Of a stretch of DNA of 64,000 bases, positions 18,692 to 27,705 are shown in pieces. The notes below the pieces were generated by a model, which was given only the letters and a program-made list of their open reading frames with translations, was not told where the DNA came from and made no database searches. The stretch is from positions 62,001 to 126,000 of the forward strand of contig NZ_MWQY01000013.1 of the NCBI RefSeq assembly GCF_002087085.1, written 5' to 3'. The position numbers and the translations under genes are program-made. Within the stretch, counting starts at the first letter, position 1; the number at the start of each line of letters is the position of its first letter.

Positions 18692-20035
18692 TTAGAACGA
18701 AAAGTCCACCGAGGTGGTCAGGGTCGCGGTGGTAATCCAGGGATCCTCTCCGGCTGCAGCCGAAAGCGGGTTGTGACGCAGGGTATATCCCAGGGTTATC
18801 AGGGCATTTCCCGTCTTGTAGTTCAGGTCCGCTCCAAGCACGGTGTTTTCCGGCCTGGAGAAGTCGTCCAGCCCCTTGATGTAACGTTTATTGTAGCTCA
18901 GGTCAAAGTAGATCCCCGGCAGAAGGCCCTCGCCGATGGAGAGGCTGGCATTGACCTGGGGGTACTCGATATCCTGGTCGGGTTCGCCGAAGCCGCCCTC
19001 CACACTGGTGAGAAAAACCACTGTATCCTGCAGGAAGGAAAAACCGAGGCTTCCGTACCATCCGGCGTAGGCTGGAATATCGATATCGCCGTTGTACACT
19101 GCGTATTTCTCTTCCCGGTAAAGATCGTACTGCCCGTCAAAGTAGACGGGAACAAAGTTCTCTCCCAGAAAACGGAGCTGGGCACCGTACAGGATGTACC
19201 GAATGAGCCGGCCGCCGGCCCCGACCATACCCCCGTAGGCCTCGTCCTGGAAAACCAGGTCCCCGAAGGCCGCGAGACTTACTGTCGGTTTGTCCAGGAT
19301 AGGCTGTCGCAGGTCCACCCCGAACATCTGTACCATGTCCGGCTCTCCGGAGATAAAATCGTATTGGGCATCGGGAATCCTGTCTGCTGCAAAGGTTGTC
19401 CCCAGCTGAAGCTCGGGAAGCAGGGGCAGGGAGGTCCCGGCCAGGGGGCGGGCGTAAATCCGGGCGCCGATTACATCCGCCAGGGCAAGGTTCCCGACGA
19501 AGGTTTCAAGCCCCACATAGGGAAAACCGAACAGCCCCCCGTCCACATCCAGGCTCAGCCCTATAATCCTGGTGTCGGGCAGAAACTGGGTATTCGCATA
19601 TCCCCCCATGATAAAGCCGTTCCCCAGAGTCCCGTCCTCGATGGAACCCAGTTTGGCGTAAAAATCGTCCCCCTTCTGTCCGTAGCGGACATAACTGAAT
19701 ATGGGCAGATATTTTTCGAGAACATTTTCATCGTCATCCAGGACCCAGTCTTCCTCCCGGATTTCGCCGCCGCTGTCGGTAAAGCGGAAATGGAGGGGAA
19801 TCCAGAGCCCAAGGCCCAGCTTGCCGTAGGAGAAATCGGGTTTCAGCACCAGACGCTGATAGGCCACAGACTCGCCGTCTTCCTGAAAACTGACCGCTCC
19901 CAGGTCGATCCCGAGGCCGAAATCAAAGGAGGGCTCCGAATCAGGAGATTCCGTTTCCTGGGCTGTCAGGAAAGTAGCGGCTCCAAAAAGTGTTATGATG
20001 GCAATTATACGTTTCAGTCTGCTGGAAATTATCAT
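18692..20035 (-). CDS. putative outer-membrane beta-barrel protein, paralog of the C-terminal part of 16582-18681
   Basis: Signal peptide, shared block YVRYG...LGNGFIMGGYAN..F.P..R.IGL, terminal VDFSF. SD AAGGAGG. Confidence 0.65.
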   Translation of the reverse strand: MIISSRLKRIIAIITLFGAATFLTAQETESPDSEPSFDFGLGIDLGAVSFQEDGESVAYQRLVLKPDFSYGKLGLGLWIPLHFRFTDSGGEIREEDWVLDDDENVLEKYLPIFSYVRYGQKGDDFYAKLGSIEDGTLGNGFIMGGYANTQFLPDTRIIGLSLDVDGGLFGFPYVGLETFVGNLALADVIGARIYARPLAGTSLPLLPELQLGTTFAADRIPDAQYDFISGEPDMVQMFGVDLRQPILDKPTVSLAAFGDLVFQDEAYGGMVGAGGRLIRYILYGAQLRFLGENFVPVYFDGQYDLYREEKYAVYNGDIDIPAYAGWYGSLGFSFLQDTVVFLTSVEGGFGEPDQDIEYPQVNASLSIGEGLLPGIYFDLSYNKRYIKGLDDFSRPENTVLGADLNYKTGNALITLGYTLRHNPLSAAAGEDPWITTATLTTSVDFSF

Positions 20036-20084
20036 TCATGCCCTCCTTTAATCCGACTATCTTTGTCCGAATACTCCATTGTCT

Positions 20085-20112
20085 ATTATACTTCACTTTT
20101 GTAAAAGTACAA
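20085..20112 (-). promoter_or_regulatory. sigma70-type promoter for 20035-16582-mutL
   Basis: Minus strand TTGTAC, 16 nt spacer, TATAAT. Confidence 0.55.
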
Positions 20113-20161
20113 TTACTCCCGGAACATTCCCGGCCCCACGCAGGGCTCCTGAATCCGGAAA

Positions 20162-23100
20162 TCAGAAGCTGAATTCTCCCACAACACCCGTCTCCAGGGC
20201 ATAATAGGTCAGGTTGTCGCTGTTGCTTCCGCTGATTGGGGTATGCCTGAACCCGAAGGCCAGGTAGACCTCGATGCTGCCCTGTCCTCCGAAGGTAATG
20301 CCCGTGGCGTGTTTGATGCTCATGGTCCTTGACCAGGTTTCCCCTTCCACGGGGCTGAGTTCCCAGTCCAGCGTTTCCCGATGCCGCAGGTGTTTGTCCG
20401 CCGGGGGCATGTTGAGGCCTCCCAGGGGAAGGGAAAAATTGAAAGCCATAGCCTGAAACCAGGTTGCCTTGAGGCTTCCGCTCCAGGCCGGGCGATCATC
20501 CTCATTGGAAAAACTGAGATTATTGCTGAGGGCATACTCGGTCAGCCCCGGCCCGAAGAGCATTATCTCGTTCCGGTAGCGCCATGAAAAGTCAAGGTCG
20601 TCGTCATAGTGGGTGGAAAGCTGGAAGCTGCTGGAAAACTGGTCCGATTCGTACCAGCGGAAAAAAGGGTAGGCCCCGAGGCTGCCGAAAAGATTGATAG
20701 CCGTCATGCGGGCTGTAGTATCCGTCCCAAGAGAGCTTGTCACCGAATCATAACTGCGCTCATAGCTGCGGCTGACCTCGAAAGCCAGATAGGAGGGGAC
20801 CAGCAGATCGATGAGGCGGGAAGAAAACCGCCGTTCCAGGGATATCCCCGTTACGGGTGAGTAGTCGGCGGCATCAAAGCCTGCGGTACCGTCCCGGAAG
20901 GCTCCGAGGGCGGAATCCCGGGTGATCTCGACTACCGGAGGAGCGGAGAAAAAATAGTCCTGGTCTCCCGCCGTATCTGCCCATGACGAAGCATCTGTGG
21001 AAAACCCCTTCTCTTTTTGGGTATCTCCGGGACTGAATTCACCGCTGAAATCCCGGCGGTAATACAGGGAATAATCGAGGCTGTTGAAATTCTCGGGGAA
21101 TAGGGCTCCGCTGAAATTCAGTTCCAGCCCCATGCTGTCCAGCTCCTTGCGGGGATCTGTTCCATAACGCGAGTTCTCTGCTGAAGGAAGAATTCTTACC
21201 GAATAGTCGTCTCCCCATCGGGTTTCCATGGGAAGAAAAAGGCCGGAGGAGCGGTCCGTGGGCAAAAGCTCTTCCTGGTAGATCAGCAGCCTGGTCCCCT
21301 GGATCCATCCGTCGCCGTAGAAGGAGTGGAAATCCACCCCCGGGTCGCCAAGGGTGTTGGTAAGGTTCAGGAGGGGGCTGAAGGAAAAACCTTCGAAGGG
21401 GTTGATCTCCGCCTCTGTTTTCCATGTCTGGCTGAGGGTATCGTCATTGTAGGCGGCCCGGGAAGTAAACCCGGCGCTTGCCCCGGTAAGGTTCAGCTTC
21501 AGGCTGTTCTGTTTGGTAAAACTGAAGTCCTCCTGTACCGGATCATGGGTGTAGCTGTCTTCCATCTGAAGGGGACCGTCTTCCGGAATGGTGATGGTAT
21601 GACTTCCTGAGACCTGGGGTCCGGAGTCATCCTCCCTGATGTTGAGACTGAGGCGGGCCCGGGAATAGAGGCTGGAGAAAGCGGCCTCGTTATAGACCCG
21701 GTAGACCCGGCCGTCGGCGGGGGTAAATCCGGAAGCGAAGCCCGAAGAGGCAACCCGGGAGTTTCCGGACCAGCTGAAATTACCAAAAAGGGGAAATCCC
21801 TTTACCCTCAGAATATCTCCATCCTTTGAATAGCGGGCGGAGCTCAGGACGCCGAGATCACTGGATAGGACGGGATCGCTTATATGGAGCTCGTCGAGGA
21901 AAACAACACCGCCGCCAGCGTTCGCGATACTGAAGGTCGCCTGTCTGGCGATGATGTTTGTACTGCCCGAGACAACAGCCGAGGAGATGCTTCCTCCCTC
22001 GACGGAGACTTTGCCGCTTTTCATGTTGACACTGACTTCGCTCCAGGAAGAGGACTGTTCAATATCCGCCAGTTCCACCCGGTACTCTCCCTCATCCCCC
22101 TTCAGGGTGAGGCTCAGATCGGCTGAAATCGGGCTGTGAAGACGGTAGTAAAAGCGCAGGGTTTCGTAGGAGTCCAGGGGGACCTCCGGGACCGGGCCGA
22201 CGGCAGCTCCGTCCGTTCCAGTCCATTCCAGGCGCAGTACCTTCTGGTCCTCGTCGCCGTCATTGAAACGGTCTTCCACCAGGTCGTAGGCGGCGTACAG
22301 GGGGACAGCGGGAGCCTCAGCGGGGTCGAGGTCGTATTCCGAAACCTCCCCGGTTTCGGATGCTGAGTTGCCTGGGACAAAGGAACTTCCGTGGAAGCGA
22401 AGCTCCCCGACAAGCAGTCTGCCGCTGGTAACGGCGACTGCATCAAGAAGAATCTGTACGGCCCGGGTTGCAGCCAGCTGTGCCCGGTCGGTCCCGGAGA
22501 GGGGTATGTAGACCTCCCGCCAGGGCCCGGCCGGCAGGAGACTGACGGAGTGTTCGAGAACCTGGGTATCCGTCTCCCGGTTGAGAAGTCCGTTACCGTC
22601 GGCGTCCTCGCTCTCCTCCGTCCCGTTGCCGAACTCCCCCCGAGGACCTGCGCCTCCACCGCCAACCGAGAGGGTGTAACCCGTGGGAGCATGGGTGTAG
22701 GCAAAGCCGGAATCATAGGGACCGTTCTCTTCATCCAGGTTCCTGTCGCCGTCAAGGTCCTCCGAGACCGATCCGGCCCGGAGAGTCATGTTGACAGCGG
22801 TCTCATCTCCGATGAGCCTGTACTTGAAGGAGATGCCCGCCGCCCCCGAAAGATCCAGACTGCCCCCGGGGGCGCTTATCTGGGCTCCCACCCATTCGGT
22901 GTTGTCCAGATCGTAATCAATTACGGCGACGATGCCTTCGATGTCGTCGTCTTCCGCCTTGGCAACGGAAGGACCGATGGGATTCCCGTCGGCAAAGGCA
23001 TAGACCTGTTCTCCCGGGGGAGACCAGTCGTACTCCCGTAAAGTGCTGCCGCCGGTGGAGAGGTACTGGTAGTAGTCGGTATAGGGCATCTCTCCCAGGT

Positions 23101-24769
23101 CGGCCCGGTCGAAGGCTGTACTCGGTGCCGCGGGAAAGAGGGTGTGGCCGCTGATACCGAAATCCACGGTTCCCCGGTTCATGCCTCCCAGGCGCAGGTA
23201 GCCCCGGGTGTCGTGGGTCCCCACGGAAAGGCCGCCGTTTACGCTGATACCCCAGTCCTCTGCCTGGTAGTCCGCCCCTGCGGCAGCAAGGATGCTGCCC
23301 GGGGCCTCGGCATACTCTTCACTGTAACCCTGGGAGTCCATGTTCCAGCGGACACCGATGTCTCCCCGGAGGCTCAGCTCGGGAATGTTCTTCCAGGGCT
23401 GAAATGTATTGGTGGAGACGAAAAGCAGGTCAGCTCCGGAAGCCCCGTCGTCTGGAAGTTCATAGCTGACCTCCACGGTATCGCTTTCGAACACGGGAAA
23501 GGGAAAGTCAAGAGTGCCGTCATCCAGGCGGGTAAAACGAGTCTCGTTTCGCCCGTTGATGGTGACGCGCACCGATCCCTGTATCGCATTCCTGGGAACA
23601 CTGATGGAGGCGGTACCGATAACCCGTTCGTAGAGCAGTATGTAGGGCACCAGGGGATCGTAGCCGGCGGCTCCCGGGTAAATTTGAGGCAGCAGGCCTT
23701 CCAGAGGTTTTTTTTCGCTTGCTCCCTGCCGGAGGGTGATGATACCGGCCCCGTACTCCCCGGTAAAGACCGCCACAGCCTCGAGCTCCCCGGAGGGGCG
23801 CAGTTCCACCTTCACAGTTTTACCGGGACGCGCATTGGGGGCGGGGTAGACCGCAAGGAACTCCAGATCCGAGGGGCTTCCGTCCTCGTAGAGGAGCAGG
23901 AAGGGAATCCCCCCGACAGTCAGATCTGCAGTATAGGGTGCGGATCCTCCCTGTTCGTAGTATATCAGAACCCGCCCTGCCGGGGCCTCAGAGAGGCTCA
24001 CGAAGCCCTGCTCCGCAGAGACCGCCGCCTCAAAGTCGGAGGCCCGCGTGTAGCGTCTTCCGTCACCGTCCACGAGCTCACCGTTCCTGTCTTCCAGATA
24101 GACAGCGGCGTTTTCAATGTCCTCGTGGTTCAGCAGAAAGTAGCGGCCCCGGATAAAATCCGCCGGATTCAGATACACCTCTTCTGTCTCCGAGGTCCCT
24201 GCGTAGGTCCTGGTTACCCTGGAGGTCCGCTGGTAGCGAAGGAGGAGTTCGTGGCGGCTGCGTTCGGTCTCCAGGGTGGCAGAGGCCCCCAGGGCGCCTT
24301 CGGGGTGTTCACCCGGATCGATAAGAGGCGTCGAATCGATGGCGGTACCGGTATTTCCCAGGCGGACCCGCCGGACAAGCTCTCCCTCCCGTCCTTCGTA
24401 GCCCAGCAGGTAGGTGTTGAAGGAGGAGTCTCCGGTTATGGTGCTTTCAAAGAAATAACGCTCCATGAGCCAGAGGGAGAGGGTCAGGTCCGGCAGCTGG
24501 TTGAACATGAAGCCGGAACTGAAGCCCGGTACGGAGGGGGTCTCGGGAGATGGAGTTCCCCAGATGCCTCCGAGGCTGGTGGAGATGTTCCAGCTTCCCG
24601 CCAGAAAAAGATCGACGTCGGCATCTCCCAGACTGGTGGAAAAGAGCGCCTCCGGGGCTTCATCCTCCGGCAGCGGGACGGAGTCTTCGCCGACGGCAAC
24701 CCGGGCGGCGGCAAAGGTGAGGAGAAGTACCAGCATCAGTGTCGTCTTGCTAAGATCTATTCCCTGCAT
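20162..24769 (-). CDS. large exported protein, SprA-like outer-membrane protein
   Basis: Signal peptide, colinear SprA-like motifs (see findings), beta-rich C-terminus and terminal GEFSF. Confidence 0.6.
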   Translation of the reverse strand: MQGIDLSKTTLMLVLLLTFAAARVAVGEDSVPLPEDEAPEALFSTSLGDADVDLFLAGSWNISTSLGGIWGTPSPETPSVPGFSSGFMFNQLPDLTLSLWLMERYFFESTITGDSSFNTYLLGYEGREGELVRRVRLGNTGTAIDSTPLIDPGEHPEGALGASATLETERSRHELLLRYQRTSRVTRTYAGTSETEEVYLNPADFIRGRYFLLNHEDIENAAVYLEDRNGELVDGDGRRYTRASDFEAAVSAEQGFVSLSEAPAGRVLIYYEQGGSAPYTADLTVGGIPFLLLYEDGSPSDLEFLAVYPAPNARPGKTVKVELRPSGELEAVAVFTGEYGAGIITLRQGASEKKPLEGLLPQIYPGAAGYDPLVPYILLYERVIGTASISVPRNAIQGSVRVTINGRNETRFTRLDDGTLDFPFPVFESDTVEVSYELPDDGASGADLLFVSTNTFQPWKNIPELSLRGDIGVRWNMDSQGYSEEYAEAPGSILAAAGADYQAEDWGISVNGGLSVGTHDTRGYLRLGGMNRGTVDFGISGHTLFPAAPSTAFDRADLGEMPYTDYYQYLSTGGSTLREYDWSPPGEQVYAFADGNPIGPSVAKAEDDDIEGIVAVIDYDLDNTEWVGAQISAPGGSLDLSGAAGISFKYRLIGDETAVNMTLRAGSVSEDLDGDRNLDEENGPYDSGFAYTHAPTGYTLSVGGGGAGPRGEFGNGTEESEDADGNGLLNRETDTQVLEHSVSLLPAGPWREVYIPLSGTDRAQLAATRAVQILLDAVAVTSGRLLVGELRFHGSSFVPGNSASETGEVSEYDLDPAEAPAVPLYAAYDLVEDRFNDGDEDQKVLRLEWTGTDGAAVGPVPEVPLDSYETLRFYYRLHSPISADLSLTLKGDEGEYRVELADIEQSSSWSEVSVNMKSGKVSVEGGSISSAVVSGSTNIIARQATFSIANAGGGVVFLDELHISDPVLSSDLGVLSSARYSKDGDILRVKGFPLFGNFSWSGNSRVASSGFASGFTPADGRVYRVYNEAAFSSLYSRARLSLNIREDDSGPQVSGSHTITIPEDGPLQMEDSYTHDPVQEDFSFTKQNSLKLNLTGASAGFTSRAAYNDDTLSQTWKTEAEINPFEGFSFSPLLNLTNTLGDPGVDFHSFYGDGWIQGTRLLIYQEELLPTDRSSGLFLPMETRWGDDYSVRILPSAENSRYGTDPRKELDSMGLELNFSGALFPENFNSLDYSLYYRRDFSGEFSPGDTQKEKGFSTDASSWADTAGDQDYFFSAPPVVEITRDSALGAFRDGTAGFDAADYSPVTGISLERRFSSRLIDLLVPSYLAFEVSRSYERSYDSVTSSLGTDTTARMTAINLFGSLGAYPFFRWYESDQFSSSFQLSTHYDDDLDFSWRYRNEIMLFGPGLTEYALSNNLSFSNEDDRPAWSGSLKATWFQAMAFNFSLPLGGLNMPPADKHLRHRETLDWELSPVEGETWSRTMSIKHATGITFGGQGSIEVYLAFGFRHTPISGSNSDNLTYYALETGVVGEFSF

Positions 24770-24829
24770 TACTCTATAGATGCAAACAATACCACACACC
24801 GACCGTTTTGTAGAGGATTTACGAATAGA

Positions 24830-25117
24830 ATGGTAGTTTCCATGATTCAGGTGGTCTTTGAACTGCCCGAGGCGACGTCTCTGAAGGAGAAACGCCAGAC
24901 CCTGCGGTCCCTGAAGGACCGCTTAATCAGGAAGTACAAGGTTTCGGTGGCGGAGATCGATCTGCAGGATTCCCTCTCCTTCTGTCATATCGGCGCGGCC
25001 TATGTCACCAATTCCCGGGAGATCGGAGAGCGGGTGATGCAGCGGGTCGCCGATTTTGTGGAAGACACCATACCCGGGCGGGTCCATAACATCGCCGTTC
25101 ACAGCGAACGTTTTTAA
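24830..25117 (+). CDS. DUF503 (YlxP-like) protein
   Basis: MVVSM...SLKEKR...LKDRL..KYKVSVAEID. This is the real 3' part of the track's 657-aa ORF. Confidence 0.88.
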   Translation: MVVSMIQVVFELPEATSLKEKRQTLRSLKDRLIRKYKVSVAEIDLQDSLSFCHIGAAYVTNSREIGERVMQRVADFVEDTIPGRVHNIAVHSERF

Positions 25118-25557
25118 ATTTCCTGGTCCTCGTTTTCGTTGTGGATGTCCACCGCCTCCTTGACCGCGCCGATGCAGAGGTTGAAGTCCTTCAGGGTCTC
25201 CTTGAGGGAGTAGAAATTGAGTCCCGCAAAGTAGATTTTCGAGAAGACTGAAAAGGAGATCTCCTCTTCCTTGCTGATATTGATATAGCATCCGAATTCG
25301 TAGCAGATTTTCAGCATCTCCACCAGGCGGCGCTGAAGGAATTCCGAGGTTTCCGGAGGAAAAGCGAAGGTGTAGGCTATCTCGAGGAACTTGTTGTCCA
25401 TGTCGATGTAGAACTCTCCGGCGGCTCCGTCACCTCCCTCGAATCCGGCGATGTAGGAGGCCTCGTCCCCGGAGTTATCGAAGACTTCGTAGCCCAGTTC
25501 CTTGAATAGTACGTTTACCCGTTGAATCCGTTCGCGCATAAGTTTAGAGTATTTCAT
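25114..25557 (-). CDS. hypothetical protein, possibly YbjN/chaperone-like fold
   Basis: 147-aa ORF with an alpha/beta pattern reminiscent of YbjN. Upstream TTGAAG-17-TACAGT. Confidence 0.6.
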   Translation of the reverse strand: MKYSKLMRERIQRVNVLFKELGYEVFDNSGDEASYIAGFEGGDGAAGEFYIDMDNKFLEIAYTFAFPPETSEFLQRRLVEMLKICYEFGCYINISKEEEISFSVFSKIYFAGLNFYSLKETLKDFNLCIGAVKEAVDIHNENEDQEI

Positions 25558-25626
25558 GGCTGTCTCTCATTGGGGCTACTGTAGTATCTTTTGGTCCCTT
25601 CTTCAAGGCGAGTCCCTGATCGCTTG

Positions 25627-26949
25627 TCATTCTCCGAAGAGGCCGGTCATTATTTTCGGTATATACGGGGCTGCAGTGCGGGCGATGCCGGGGGGCAGAA
25701 AGAGCCGGACCTTGCGCAGAGACCTGGTGAATCCTTCAACCACGGAGGTTGAAAAAACCGATCCGCTGGAAGCGAAGGGCAGGAAGCTGTCGTTCCGGTA
25801 GATTAACAGATCCACCTCAAAGGATATGGGCTCAGGGATATCGAGAATCACCTCCCAGGCTTCAATCCCCGTATCGTATTCTTCCCGCAGAATCGAAGCT
25901 ATGCGGTTTTCCAGGTCCATCCGGGCATTCAGGTCCGTAGCCTGTTTGTGCAGCCGGGGATCGAAGGGGCATTCGAAGGCGGTTTTCAGGAGCCGGCGTT
26001 CAAAGACCATTCTGGCCAGCTGGTAGTAGCTTCTCTCCCGTATGGCCAGGGTCCGATAGAAACCTGCGTCGTCCAGGCCGTAGAGCGCCTCCTGGTCGAG
26101 GTCGTTCTCCGTCAGTCCCAGAAGCACCGCTTTCTTTATCATCGCCGTGGCAATGCGTACGGTGCGGTGCCAGTAGACGCTGCGGTACATCTGATACTTG
26201 GCAAAGAGCAGGCTCTCCACGGAACCGAGTCCCCGTTCATCCAGGGCCAGGGCGGAGGCTGTCGGAATGATCTTGTCGATAAAGAAGTCCGTGTCCTGTA
26301 TGCCGTAGGGAACACCGCAGAAGAAGGCGTCCCGGTTCAGGTAATCCAGCTTGTCCGGGTCCAGCACTCCGGAGAGAATCCTGCGGAAAAAGAGGATCTC
26401 TCCGTTGTTGTGATGATCCATCCCCTCATCCACAATGGCGGCTACCACATAGGGTTCCACCCCCACATCCTCCCGCAGCACCCGCTGGAAGGGGGGAGTC
26501 ATGACCAGCCGTCCGGTGAGGACTTCATGATCCAGCAGGGGAAGGTCCTTGAAGGAATGGGTATAGGGAAAGTGTCCCAGATCGTGGAGCAGGGAGGCGC
26601 ATAAAAATGCCTTGACCCCTTCGAGACTGACAGGAGGGCTTCGCCGGTCGACGCTGATGTGACGGATTATCCGCTTGGCAAGGTGAAAAACCCCGAGGCT
26701 GTGGTTCAGACGGGTATGGGTGGCCCCTGGATACACCAGGTAGGCCGGGCCCAGCTGACGGATGCCCGCCAGTTTCTGGAACTCCCCCAGGGAGATCAGT
26801 TTTTTCAGTGCCGGGGTCAGATAGATGTTCTGCCACAGGGGATCCCGGATGGCCTCGGTGTAATCGCTGCTCAGATGTTCAAGGATTTTTTGACGAGTCT
26901 GCTGTTCTATTCCCACGTTTATTCCTTTAGAGCTGCCCTTTTTTCTCAA
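25627..26949 (-). CDS. HD-domain phosphohydrolase (dNTP triphosphohydrolase-like)
   Basis: IRQLG..YLVYPGATHTRLNHSLG, LLHDLGH, DPDKLDYL.RD and MYRSVYWH. Confidence 0.9.
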   Translation of the reverse strand: MRKKGSSKGINVGIEQQTRQKILEHLSSDYTEAIRDPLWQNIYLTPALKKLISLGEFQKLAGIRQLGPAYLVYPGATHTRLNHSLGVFHLAKRIIRHISVDRRSPPVSLEGVKAFLCASLLHDLGHFPYTHSFKDLPLLDHEVLTGRLVMTPPFQRVLREDVGVEPYVVAAIVDEGMDHHNNGEILFFRRILSGVLDPDKLDYLNRDAFFCGVPYGIQDTDFFIDKIIPTASALALDERGLGSVESLLFAKYQMYRSVYWHRTVRIATAMIKKAVLLGLTENDLDQEALYGLDDAGFYRTLAIRERSYYQLARMVFERRLLKTAFECPFDPRLHKQATDLNARMDLENRIASILREEYDTGIEAWEVILDIPEPISFEVDLLIYRNDSFLPFASSGSVFSTSVVEGFTRSLRKVRLFLPPGIARTAAPYIPKIMTGLFGE

Positions 26950-26988
26950 AACAGTCTACTCCGGGGTTTTTCCTTCTGTCCAGTGTGT

Positions 26989-27018
26989 TTGACAGAACCG
27001 GGGCTATGGGGATACCAT
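26989..27018 (+). promoter_or_regulatory. sigma70-type promoter
   Basis: TTGACA (26989-26994), 18 nt spacer, TACCAT (27013-27018). Confidence 0.6.
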
Positions 27019-27025
27019 TTTGAGG

Positions 27026-27676
27026 ATGGACAGACTGTATGGCATGTTCCTTATCGTGATTCTTGCAGGCCTTCTTGGTTCGGGATGCAGCCGCAACCGG
27101 AGTGCCGACGAAGGACGGCCCGACACCGCGTCGGTTTCCGCGGCGGAACGGGCTGAGATCGCTGAACTTCAGTCAGAAACGACGCCTCCTCCGCCACCGC
27201 AGGAGCCGCGCAGGAGTTCGTCCTCCGAAGAACGAAGCCGGGCAAGGACGGTTTCAGCTGCTTTTTTTGCTGTTGATGATACGGGATTTTCCCTCAGGAG
27301 TCCTGAGGTTTTCGACTACGAGATCGGACGCCTTGAGCGACGGATACCTGAAGGTCTTGCTTCCTGCCTTGTACTGCTTGGAAGCGACCTGCCTGGGGAG
27401 TACCTGGCTCCGGAATGGCGCGCACATCTGAACCGTCAGTCCGAACAGTTTGAACGGCAGCCTGTAGGCTTTCGCGTCTCTGCGGACGACGGGGAGGGGG
27501 CCCTGAATACCCGTTTCAAGGCTCTCTGGAACGACAGCATGGTAATCGGGTTTGTGAGGGCCCGGAACGGGGAGGATGGCAGGTATCTGCTTGAGGATCT
27601 CGGGATAGAGAAAAGACTGGAAAAGCCGTACCCGAACATGGAGATTCCGCCTCCCCTGGCGGATACTGTATACTGA
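27026..27676 (+). CDS. putative lipoprotein
   Basis: MDRLYGMFLIVILAGLLGSG-C signal/lipobox followed by a Pro/Ser-rich linker. Confidence 0.7.
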   Translation: MDRLYGMFLIVILAGLLGSGCSRNRSADEGRPDTASVSAAERAEIAELQSETTPPPPPQEPRRSSSSEERSRARTVSAAFFAVDDTGFSLRSPEVFDYEIGRLERRIPEGLASCLVLLGSDLPGEYLAPEWRAHLNRQSEQFERQPVGFRVSADDGEGALNTRFKALWNDSMVIGFVRARNGEDGRYLLEDLGIEKRLEKPYPNMEIPPPLADTVY

Positions 27677-27705
27677 TACCGGATAAACGAAGTGACAGGA
27701 GAAAA

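Noticed and set aside
23144..24829. 657-aa ORF that looks like a long N-terminal fusion to DUF503
   Set aside because: It is the antisense shadow of the 20162-24769 gene. Only 24830-25117 matches DUF503.
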